64,000 nt of DNA from the human T2T-CHM13v2.0 reference genome, Homo sapiens. This document shows positions 11,924 to 22,680 of this stretch, in pieces. The notes under the pieces were generated by a model. It saw only the letters and a program-made list of their open reading frames with translations, was not told the DNA's origin and searched no databases. How positions within the stretch are numbered: position 1 is the stretch's first letter; each line of letters starts with the position of its first letter. The DNA is taken from NCBI RefSeq assembly GCF_009914755.1, contig NC_060931.1; one strand, written 5' to 3'. Position numbers and translations under genes: made by a program.

Positions 11924-12206
11924 AAAATGCTGGAGAGAAATTGCTAGCCCCTTTTTGCCCCTTCATCTCTTCTGCCATGTGAAAACACTAACATGGCACC
12001 ATCTAGGGGAAACATGCCCTTACCAGACACCAAACCTGTCAGCACCTTGATCTTGGACTTCTCAGCCTCCAGAACCATAAGAAGTAAATTTCTATTGTTA
12101 CTCAGGCTCAGGTATTTTTGTTATAGCAGCACAAATGACCTGAGACACCATAGGTTGCCTTTTCACTCTGTTGATAGTGGCCTTCCATGCACAAGGTTTT
12201 TAAGTT

Positions 12207-12500
12207 GGCTGGGCGTGGTGGCTCATGCCTGTAATCCCAGCACTTAGGAAGCTGAGGTGGGCAGATTATTTGAGCCCAGGAGCTGAAATCCAGCCTGGGC
12301 CACATGGCAAAACTACTTCTCTACAAAAGATACAGAAAAGTTAGCCAGGCTTGGTGGCATGCACGTATAGTCCCAGCTACTCTGGAGGCAAAGGTAGGAG
12401 ATCACTTGAGCTTAGGAGGTTGAGGCTACAGTAAGCTGAGATCACACAACTGTACCCCAGCCTGGGTGACAGAGTGAGACTCTGATTTGAAAAAAAAAAA
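12207..12500 (+). mobile_element. AluJ
   Basis: Full dimer with A-tail and TSD a(g/a)gtttttaagtt. Confidence 0.93.
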
Positions 12501-13284
12501 CCAAGTTTTTAAGTTTCATGAAGTTCAATTTGTCTATTCTTTTTTTTGTTGTCTGTGCCTTTGGTGCCATATCACATCTTGCCAAATCCAGTGTCGTAAA
12601 GCTTTTGCCCTATGTTTTAACTAAGAATCATACTTTTAGCCTTTATTTTTAGGTCTTTAATTCATTTTAATTTTTTATATGGTGCTAGGTAAGGGTTCAA
12701 CTTTATTTTCTTGCATGTTGATATCCAGTTTTCCTAGTACCATTTGTTGAAAAGATTGTCCTTTTCCCACTGAGTGTTCTTAGCATCCCTTTGAAAATTA
12801 TTTGGTCATATGTGTGAGGGATTATTTCTGGGCTCTCTATTCTGTTCCATTGGTGTATATGTGTGTCTTTATGCCAGTGCCACACTGTTTGGATTACTGT
12901 AGCTTTGTATTAAATTTTAAATTCAAAAAGTTCAAGTCTCCCACATTTGTTCTTTTTCAAGATTTTGTCTGAACATTTAAGAAAAAAAAAAAGTCCTTCA
13001 TTATAGTTTTGGTTTTATATTATCTGCTGCTGAACACAATCCTGACACATTGGTATGATGTATTTTTGGTATTGAGCTCAACAATATGAGAAATTCCAAA
13101 AAACAAAGTTACAATTGAGTTCTGCCTCTCTAATTTGTAAGACAATAATTTATCAAGATTAATTTGAGATCATTTTGTGAGAAAGGGAATTTTTCCTTTT
13201 TTGTTAAATGTAGGTACCAGAAAATTGATGATAATTTATATTCAATACCTGAGGGACTTCTAACCTCAGAGCTTTATTGAGAAT

Positions 13285-14580
13285 GACTGAATTAGATTTT
13301 CATATCTGCTTCTGCATTTAATATGCTGTGATATGTTATTTTGGTTGACGTATACATAGAAAATCTCACCTCATACACAAAAGAGGTGGAAAAGAGCTTC
13401 TCAAAAGTTAGTTGCAGTGTGGAATCTGAAACTGTATCAGTGAACTTTTCATACTCTGCAACATTAAAAACAATCAGTCTCTCTTTCCACTTCAAATGGA
13501 TCTTTTACCTCTGAATGATTTTGTAACATCACAGACTGGTCATTTGGAAAAGATTGGCTCAATAAGTTAGGTAGTTCTTCCAAACATTGATCCATCCCAT
13601 CATGTAATGTTGAAAGAAAATCATAGGGTTTTTCATTTTGTTTTTGTTTTTGGAGATAGGGTCTTGCTCTGTCACCCAGGCTGAAGTGTGGTGGCACGAT
13701 CTTGGCTCAATGCAGCATTAACCACCCAGGCTTAAATGATCCTCCCACCCCAGCCTCCCGAGTAACTGGGACTAAAGACAAACACCACCATGCTCGGCTA
13801 TTTTTTTAGAGATGAGATCTTGCTATGTTGCCCCGACTGGAAAAATCATGTTAATAATAACAAAATTGATTTTATCGGAAAAGCCTTTAAATATTAGGAA
13901 ACTATTAAGCTCATGGCAATGGATACCAGTTTCCCAAAATCCTAATTGTTACCAGAAAGCTCAGATTTTTATCACCAACAACAGAGACTGCCAGTTGACC
14001 CCCTTGGAGTAACAGGCTCACTTTGATCATTTTCAAGAAAATTTCTGTCAAATATTAGATCTGAAGAACGATAGCTTCCTGTCATTCATCATTTCAAGGA
14101 AGAGTGGTGCTCAAGTAACAATGGTTACCCATGCTCTAAAAAAGTGACAGTTCAGCCCACATTAATCAACAGCACAGGTGCTTGTCCTTAAGACAACCAT
14201 GGTACTTGGTATGCTTTAGCTTCATTTCCTATTGTGGCATAGAGAATTTTTAAAACACATATATTCAAGGGCAGAGATTCAATGGTAATTTTTCACTGTT
14301 TCATAAGGACATTCTGAAGTAATTATTTTAATTTTTAAATTTTTTATTTATTTTAACAGTGAGTATGTGATAGCAAAGAATACAGTGATAACTAGTCAAG
14401 TTTGGTGCCACTATCTTGATTCATGCTAAGGCACCAACAGTCTTACCCTCTATTGCTTTGGCACCATCACTGCAAACGTCAACACAATGAAAAAGGCAAA
14501 TAATATTTTAGCATTATTATGAAAATAGTTTTGACTCTATGGGCCACCAAGGGTTCACAACACATTTTGAGTAGCACTAC
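13285..14580 (-). mobile_element. Charlie1-family hAT DNA transposon fossil, interrupted by an Alu
   Basis: Reverse complement of the right end matches the Charlie1 start (..gtcaaaactattttcataataat..). Transposase-like fragment DSTLQLTF..YTSTKITY in ORF 13292-13495. Confidence 0.8.
13630..13840 (-). mobile_element. 5'-truncated AluJ
   Basis: Right monomer plus part of the left monomer, with a T-rich tail on the left. Confidence 0.85.
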
Positions 14581-16326
14581 CATATGGAATACCAAACTGA
14601 CCAACAATTAAACCAAAAATACACAATATATCAAGTAAAGCTATTACCTAAGAAATCCAAGTCATTGAACAATCAGCATTAAGTGTCACTGGTTCATGAA
14701 ACATGAACTCCTTTGCTGAGGTAATTGTACTTGTATTCCAAAAACAAGTCATCACATTAATATTTGTTATTTGCTTTTTCCTCTGATATAAGTAATGCAT
14801 ACTGACACTTGGAAAACTATGTAGGCAAAAAATTAGCTCTCTCTCACCACCCCCCCAGAATTAACTGTTTTTGATAATTGACATGCTTTGTTAATACTGT
14901 AAGCTTCCAACCTATCATTTAAAATTCTATCAAAACATAACATTTGGTGGCTGTAAAATAGTCTGCTTTGAAGTTAAACAATTTTCCAACTACTTCTCTA
15001 GGGTCAGGTTATTTCCAATGTTTTGTTATAGGCATTGCTGTGAACATTTAATATAGATACATATTCTGGTCATTATTAGGTGTTGTCAGACCTTTTTAGT
15101 TATGTTCTGGTTTGTGTAGTAATAGTTGATTGTGGCTTAAATTACATTTCCTTGATAAATAATCTTTGGCAATTTTTCATGCGCTTATTTGCCACTCTTA
15201 TATCTTCTTTTATGAATACTATTAATAATTATTGTATCCTTTCCTCATATCTTTTTAACAGTTGCTTTCTGAAAAATTTGATTTTGTTGTATATGCCATT
15301 TTGCATATGCTGACTTACTATAGAACTAATAAATGCAGCTCATGGGAAATAGAGAAAAATATGAAGAAAACATAATAGTCCCTCATAATCTTACCACTAA
15401 GAGGTTACCACTGCCAACCCTTTAGTTTATTTTTTTTTCAGTCTTTGCCAAATGTATTTTTCCATAATCAATATTATAGATTCATTTAGTGAACTACTTT
15501 TGTTTCAATACCACTGATGAGCATTTCTGTGCATTGTTAAATACTCTTTCCATATCACCCTTTCTTCTTCCTACACCATCCACAGGAAACTAAAGTTTAG
15601 ATTGGGGAAAATCAATACAAAATAATAAATAATACAGTACTATGATATATAAGGTAGTAAATATATAAATATATAAGTAAATATATAAATTTACTGGAGA
15701 ACTGTAGTAAATTTAGAGGGCACTATAGAAGGTCAGTTGGAGCTAGAGTTAAGAAAGAGCAATGAGAGGAAAAGACAGCAGGTGTGAGCCAGTGACCCAT
15801 GTGAGCAGCCGCACCAAGGCAGAAGTGAGCAGGGCTATGGTGGGACCATTTGGGTTTGCATGAATATTTGGCAAGGAGAGCAGTGTGTTTGGTTCAGATT
15901 AAAAGTGGGAGTCGACAGATATTAGAGGTCCTTAAAGGTTGGCAAATGAGCTGCTGCTCTCTGCAGAACTGAAATGTATTTAGAATTACATAGAACTTAA
16001 TGGTGTACAGGAGAAACGCCTGCTTAACTACAAAACTCTTATTTACGATGGAAAAATAAAAACACCATATGCATACTGCCATTCCCAGAAAATACTGTGA
16101 AAATATTGCCTTGTTGTGGCTACAAATTGTGTAACCCCACCTTTGGTGAATGACATATATTTTCTAATTTTATGCTAATAATATGATAGAGATACAATTA
16201 TCTCAGATTTTAAAACTGATAAAGTCTAGGTGGGTTGAGCCATCTGCCTGCAATCACCTCATGTCCCATAAATCATAGGAAGGAGTTCAAACTCAGACCT
16301 GATTTCATGCTTGTTCTTTATCTAAA

Positions 16327-16511
16327 GGATGGTTCTCAACCCTGGATACACATTAAAATCAGCCGCAGAGCTTTTAAAACTTTCAATGCCCACATTTCCA
16401 TCCACTATTCTGAATTTCTGATTAATTAATCTGAAGCGGGGGTCTAATCTCGATGTTTTTAAATGTTCTCCCCCAGTAATTATCATGTGCATTCATATTT
16501 AAAAACCGCTG
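16327..16511. mobile_element. MER5-type hAT MITE
   Basis: ggttctcaaccctgg..cacatt..aatca start and aaaaccgctg end. Confidence 0.65.
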
Positions 16512-17239
16512 TTAGAGACCACACTGCTCAGCCAGCATGGACCTTGGTGTTCCTCAGATTGTTATGAAAACTGTCAGGGCTTTTTCTCCAGAACTTACCT
16601 AGTTTTGAATTAATAATTTGGTTAATTTCTTGAGCACAGGTTAAACTTCCCATTGAAATGTATTTTCAAGAAATGTACACATGTGATATGTTTTCTGGTT
16701 CTTTCATATGTGAGAATGTCTTTTTCACTTCTTTACACAAGGAAAACCGAGTAAATATGTACTTTGGAGGAGCAATATTTACTCAAATTTTATAGATATT
16801 TTCTACTCTCTTCTGGAATTTATTGTTGCAGAAGGCAAATCTTATGCAAACCTTTTTTTCCTTTTTAAATTAATTCGTGTACTTTATTTTTTTTTTTTTT
16901 ACCATTTTAGAGCTATCATCTCTTTATCATTGATTTTTCTTATGAGTTCTGAGACAGCATCTGATATTTAAACTCTAATTCGATGACAGACATTGTCAAT
17001 TCCTTCACTGATTTCAATAAAGACTCTAATACTCCTATATTTTCAATTTCTTGAAATGTCTTTAACTCGCCTAACAAGCTTCTTAATTCATCCTTGTACC
17101 TTCTGGCTCTTGTTTCATGTAATTCATATTCTTTTGATTATGTCAGATAGTATAAAAATACTTTTTTATATTCTTGGGATAGTAATCACGTTCCCATATT
17201 CTGAAATATAGTTTCCTTTGTTGTTTTCCTCCTCCTTTA

Positions 17240-19640
17240 TTCTTAATCAAACAAGTTCTGTTTAGATTGTCAATGATGGGCATGTGGATTTCCATTCATG
17301 ACATTTGGTATCTGTGGGACTCCAGCTATAAATAGCTAAAAGGCCAATGAGCATACATTCTAAATTCTAGTCCAATTCTTAGTTTGTAAGAATTCATATT
17401 GTTTTGATTGAATATGTCAAGTAGTATCCTTGTACGGATATTGTCTGTATTGAGATGATTTGGGATATTTTCCTTCAAGATTATGATTTCTGAAAAGAGT
17501 TAATAAATATAAACTTATAATGCCCAATTAGCACTGCTGCAAAGGCTTCTGTGTCTTGGCCTCAGCCTACAACATTTTTATTTTTAAGGTCTGTATCTCC
17601 ATGATGCAATGTAATAATGTATTCTCTTTTTTCACCCTTCCTCAAATTGCCAAGTTAAGTATAGAATGCCCAGTTAAGTTTGAATCTCAGATAAATGACA
17701 AATAATTTGTTAGTGTGAGTATGTCCCAAATACTTACGGGCACACTCACACTAACAAATTATTTGTAGTCCTCTTTTAAGACTTGGGACATACTTATATT
17801 AAAAATTACTTGTAGTTTGTATGAAATTCAAGTTCAACTGGGCATCCTTGTATTTTTATTTGCTAAATCTGACAATCATAAGTTTCTCTACATTCCTTTC
17901 AAGTTGTTTTCTGGGAGCCTCAGTTTCTAATTTGTATAGAAGGAGATGTTTTAGTGGGAGTGAGTGTATGTGAGGAGGGTTTGGTAACACAGAAGTCTCC
18001 CGGATCACTTCACAAGGCGGTACACCTGTGCAGAACAGTGATAGCTGCACAGTTTTGTCTTGGTATAATTCTGGTGTTCTTGAGTCAGAGGACAAATGGT
18101 TTGGGGATTCCTCTAGTTTCTTCCAGCTGGACAGCTTGTTCTGTGGCAAGGACTTGGCATTTGTGGGTCTTGGCTGCATTTTTCAATCCAAGTGTATCCA
18201 TCTTGCTCTTGGATATAAGAGTTCCCAGATTCTGAAAATTGTAGTTTGAGGTGGCTTTTGTTAATTTTAAACGTTTTGCATGAGAAACTGGGAAAGGCTG
18301 ACTGACTCTGAGGCTTTTAGCCAGAAGTTATTGGAAACTCGACTCCTGGCACTATTTGTGTGTGCTTGGACTACAACTTCTGAAGCATTGTCAGAGGCCC
18401 AAAATGAAAGGGGCAATCGTTATTTTTGGCCAAATGAATCCTGCCAAAACGGGATCAACTGAGATGTCTAAATCTACTTTTACAACAGCAAGGCATATTC
18501 TTTGGGAAAAGGCCATGGAGTTGCTGGATGCAGGATTGTCACCTAAGGATGTATTTCAAGTGATGCTGTAGCTTTTGAGATTTTGCGTGTCTACAGATGT
18601 ATGTTGGAATGCCTCAGGGTTGTTGGACCCAGTGTTGGTTTTTCCCAGTAAGGGACAGATTGTTGAAGGTCTACTCACCTCTTGCCTGTTTTACAGCCAC
18701 TTGATACAACAGAGGCATTTTTAACAAGAATTCCTTCTTTTATGCTCCTCTGAGTAAATGGTCAATCATGCCATCCCTCACACCACTTAGCATTGCACTT
18801 AGATACAGGACCATCTGCTGCTGGTTGTTTGGCAATCTTCAGAGCATGTAAAAACAGGCAAAGTACAAGAAAACATCATCAGAATTGGTCTTGACACTCT
18901 TAGTTCAACCAGTTCCCAGCTACCAGCTCTTCTTAAATAAGTCATGCATTTAGCTCAGTTCAAAGCATAAGGTTATAGATCTTGCTTTTGTGTAAATGTG
19001 CAAATGCTTCATGCTGTGTTTTATCTTCCCAAACACAAGCCACCCCACCTGCTTTGCCTGTTTGATTTCTTCCAGCTGGTTTCCCATTTGTCTTAATTTA
19101 CTCCCAAGGTTTTTGCCTTATTGACTTATCAAGGAAGCCTAGTCATTTATTTTACAAAGATTATCTCTTTATGGCTGTACAATTTGATGAGCAGAACACA
19201 CATTTGGTGTTAATTATATTTACTTGGGTTTAGTAGAACAAGATGATGGATTTTTTTATAAACTCCCTAAGAGACGGGGACCGCCGAGGAACTCATGTGG
19301 AAAGAGTCCTTTCTTCCGCTACTGTTCATCAGAGGTGTTGAGACAAGCTGGGATGATGCCACACAACCTGCAACGTGCAACCCCAAAAGTTCTTTTTGAA
19401 CTTCTTACACTGTTGACAAGCTGTTGTGGGAAAGCAAACCTCTGGAGGAGAACTGCTAGACAAAAAGGTGTTCATTTGAAATCCAGAAATGGGAGGATTA
19501 AAGAGTTTTGACCTGGATCCTGTGTAGCTGAACTTTCTCTTGTTCCAGGCCCACCCCATTTTGTTTTGTCCCATTCCAAATGGGTTCATTGTGTTTGAGT
19601 GGAAATATACTCTGCTGGGCAAGGAGGGAGAGCTGGAAAA
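17240..19640 (-). pseudogene. Possible decayed coding exons of an unidentified gene (tentative)
   Basis: Repeat-poor, higher-GC block. Exon-like 19614-19224 has cccag and gtaaat borders. S/T/K-rich frames contain scattered stops. No family recognised. Confidence 0.3.
17645..17878. mobile_element. MER53 palindromic MITE with an extra internal fold-back
   Basis: gcccagttaagtttgaat..gtatgtccc and gggacatacttat..ttcaactgggcatcc..tttgctaaatctg match the two MER53 arms. Confidence 0.85.
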
Positions 19641-19699
19641 TTTCTAATACATTAGTGACTTGTACCCCAGAACTTCATTTTTCTTGACCTGTAAGATAA

Positions 19700-20170
19700 G
19701 GTCAGTAAGTGTTTAGCTGGGGACTAAACAGCTGAAAGAAAGAGATCTCAAACTACAATGCTCTTAAAAAGACAGTGGCTTAAATTAGAGGTTTGTTTCT
19801 TCTCATGTCATTGTTTTGAGGTGGGCGTTTCAAGCTGGTTGGGGGGCTCTGAATCTCTAAGCTATTCAAGAGCACAGTTTCTTTCCATCTTGCCATGGGG
19901 TCATACTTGAGGCCATTTTTCACACATGCAAGGGCAAAGCCGGGTCTTGGCAAATTCAGCCAGCCTGCAAGAAGGATGAAAAGAAGTCCAGGATGAGCAG
20001 TTGTTTTTCAATAAGTTTCACACACAGGAGCTTTTGTTCTTTCCCTCAGATCCCATTAGTGAGAACTTAGTCACGTGACTGTCACCACATGGGAAGCTGA
20101 GAAACATAGTCTTGAATAGGGAAGACATGCCCAGGAAAAAAGGGAGAATGGAATTTTGAGGACAAATAGC
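19700..20170 (-). mobile_element. Old MLT1-type LTR
   Basis: cccattagtgagaacttagtcacgtgac..gggaagctgagaaacatagtctt motif. Confidence 0.55.
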
Positions 20171-22680
20171 TATTAACCAGAAATATCAATATCAATAGTT
20201 GTAAAAGTCAAATAAGATAATAAGTGCTAAGCACCTGCTGATGTAGAGTATTACTGAGGACGTAATACTCAATAAAAAGCTTTTACCTGCCCTCATTTAT
20301 ATTCTTCTTTAGAGATTGAAAATTATTAGAAGAAGAGGAGGGGCAATTAGAAACATGATGCACAGCTCTAAATACAGACAGGAGAGGAATGGGAAGAACT
20401 GAGCTGGGTCTGGTATCATTTGAAATTTAAATAACTTTCATTCCTGAATGATTTAATTAACTGGTTACACAGTGGAGGCTGAGTACAAAACAATTCTCCT
20501 AAAGAGCCTCTCTAAAAACATAACAGGAGTCATCCATTTTTAGTTATAGGACCATGAATTGTCTTATAAATAAACTTTCCAACATAGTTCTTTGGAAATT
20601 ATAGGTGTTACATAATTGCTAGCTCAATATTTATTGTTCAACCATATTCAACATTGAAAGTCCTAAGATAAAAAGCTTAAGTGTGGATTAGACTCTGGCT
20701 GGAGCTTTGTCCATTGAAAAAATTCATATGTGAATTTCTGAGTAAGGCACTATCCCAAGTACTTTGATTTCTTTTTCTGTAACTTTGGAACAATCCAAGG
20801 ATTTGGATGGTACAAGCTCAATAATACATGTGAAATGTCTAAGTCATACAAAGTCCATTTAAAACTTTTAAAGTATTACTATGCTTTAAGGTCAGAAAAA
20901 ATAAAAATTAGGGTGTTTGGCAAAAACAAAGTTTTGTGGAAAGTAAAATACATAATAGACTTCTATTTTAATAACTGTGCTTAAATAAACTAATCCCCTT
21001 TGTTATAACACAAAACTCTTTAATTCTTTGACAAAATATATACATACTTATATGACTTGAAGGATATATATTGAGATTATTTCTGGTTGATGTATTTATG
21101 AAGGGCTATTATTTTCTTATTTGTTTTTCTAATATTCTCTTTCCCCAAGAAAATTAATGTGGGGAATTGGAGGGCAGAAGGAACAAGACTTGATATAATC
21201 ATGCATTTTAATAGATCTTCTAACTACAAATGTTCCAAAAGGCTTTTCATATTGTCTGGAATCACAACAATCCAATATCCCCACTAGGTGACCAAGGAAA
21301 GGAGGGTTGGGATGATGTTGGGTGTTTTTTCAAATGTAAATCTATTATGTATGGCTCCCCAAGATAGTTGTGGGAACAAAATTGGAACATGTAACGCATC
21401 CATTAAAGGCCTCAAAACTCATGAAATTCATTGTTCATAGAAACATAATGAGTGCAAAAGACTGACATTTCCTTTGCCATTGTTTCTTTCTTTAATGCTC
21501 CCTAGTGCCCCATATTCCTACAGGAAACAGCTCCCCATTCCTTCCTCTTAATGGACATCAAAAGGCTTAGAAGCTATTTGTACATACACCATATGTGCAT
21601 TGTAGAGACTGAAATCAAATCTTATTTCAAGTTCCCAAGTGGGAATTATGGAGGGGACTTGTCAGGGTTACTCCAGGAAATGAAGGTGAAGGTTATCACA
21701 TTTATTTTCCATATCCAGAAAAATCTCATGTAGCCTATCTCCAATAAGAGATTTGTCTTTCAAAGTTAACTCTATATTTCCCAGAGAGAGTTCATTATGT
21801 TTCTTCAAATGCCTTCACACTACAGGAACTTGAGGGTGGAAGAGGAGGATGGAAATTAGCAGGTATAAATGAAAAACATTTATTCATGTAGTCCTACTTC
21901 AAATAGTGTTGCTATTCTAATCTGGGATTCTGGCCTCACTCTTTACCATAGCATTTGTTCTTTTCTAAATCTCATTTTCTCATTTTCCCTAAGTTGGTAG
22001 CAAAAACAAATTTGGCCATACAAAGCTCAATAGTAATACTGGCTCACAAGTAGAAAAATGTGTATCTTCTTGTCCTTTATATGGTTTCATTTACCTATGT
22101 GGGGGGTGTGTGGAAAGAGTGGGGTAGAGGGATTCTAATAAGTCTACAACTTTATTTATTCTACCTTGTTTGAGAAGTCGTTCTTTAAGACTTTAGGTGA
22201 AAAGTGTTTGATATCCTCTTTCTGCTTACTTGTCTATGACTCAAAAATATAGTAAGGGAAGAGAAATGTGTATTCCTGGTAATTCTGTCTGTGAGGTCCA
22301 TTTGAATCCATATTTATGGGGGTTCACTGGTGACAAGAAAGTTTGATCCTGATGAAATCAAATCTAACTAAGAAATCTCAATGTTTTTGGTCAATGTAAG
22401 TAAATTTATGTCATTGTTTTCCAAAGTGTATTTCATAAAACACTAGTTCAGAGGCATTATTAATAGGTATCACACAAAAACTAGCTAGTCTCATTTTTTC
22501 AGATGTCCAAGAATTACTTGTGAACATACTCCAGTAAGTAAAATATGAATCCAGATAAGAGAGATAAAAACAAGAAAAAATGTTGAGTGAGAAACCAGTA
22601 AAACTAATAACCTTCTTAATTGTTAAGAGGCCATGCAGCCTAATGCCTGAGTTTAAGAAAGGATCTTTTAGAAAGGAGGG

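Larger units (their letters stand above)
9825..12147 (+). mobile_element. MST-type (MSTC/MSTD-like) MaLR LTR split by an L1 insertion (pieces 9825-9979 and 11924-12147)
   Basis: Starts tgccatggtctaaatgtgtcc and ends tgagaca. 5-bp TSD ctata/ccata. Confidence 0.8.
8857..12967 (-). mobile_element. L1MB 3' portion, interrupted by an MST LTR and an AluJ
   Basis: Antisense L1MB 3'UTR/ORF2 sequence in pieces 8857-9824, 12148-12206 and 12503-12967. ORF 12703-12885 is L1 ORF2-like (WNRIESPEI). Confidence 0.88.
8525..13045 (+). mobile_element. MLT1J-like LTR split by a nested L1MB (pieces at about 8525-8853 and 12968-13045)
   Basis: MaLR-like motifs (gcagccatcttg, ctaaggatggcagcatagaaagatg). tctgaactttt and tctgaacattt flank the inserted L1MB. 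Confidence 0.6.

Noticed and set aside
17954-18571. Plus-strand ORFs as an endogenous bornavirus or other non-retroviral viral element
   Set aside because: Only a chance-level short resemblance (SQILKIVV). No recognisable N, G or L motifs.
20246-20276. 9-bp hairpin (gagtattac/gtaatactc) followed by AATAAA
   Set aside because: Short enough to occur by chance, with no supporting exon.
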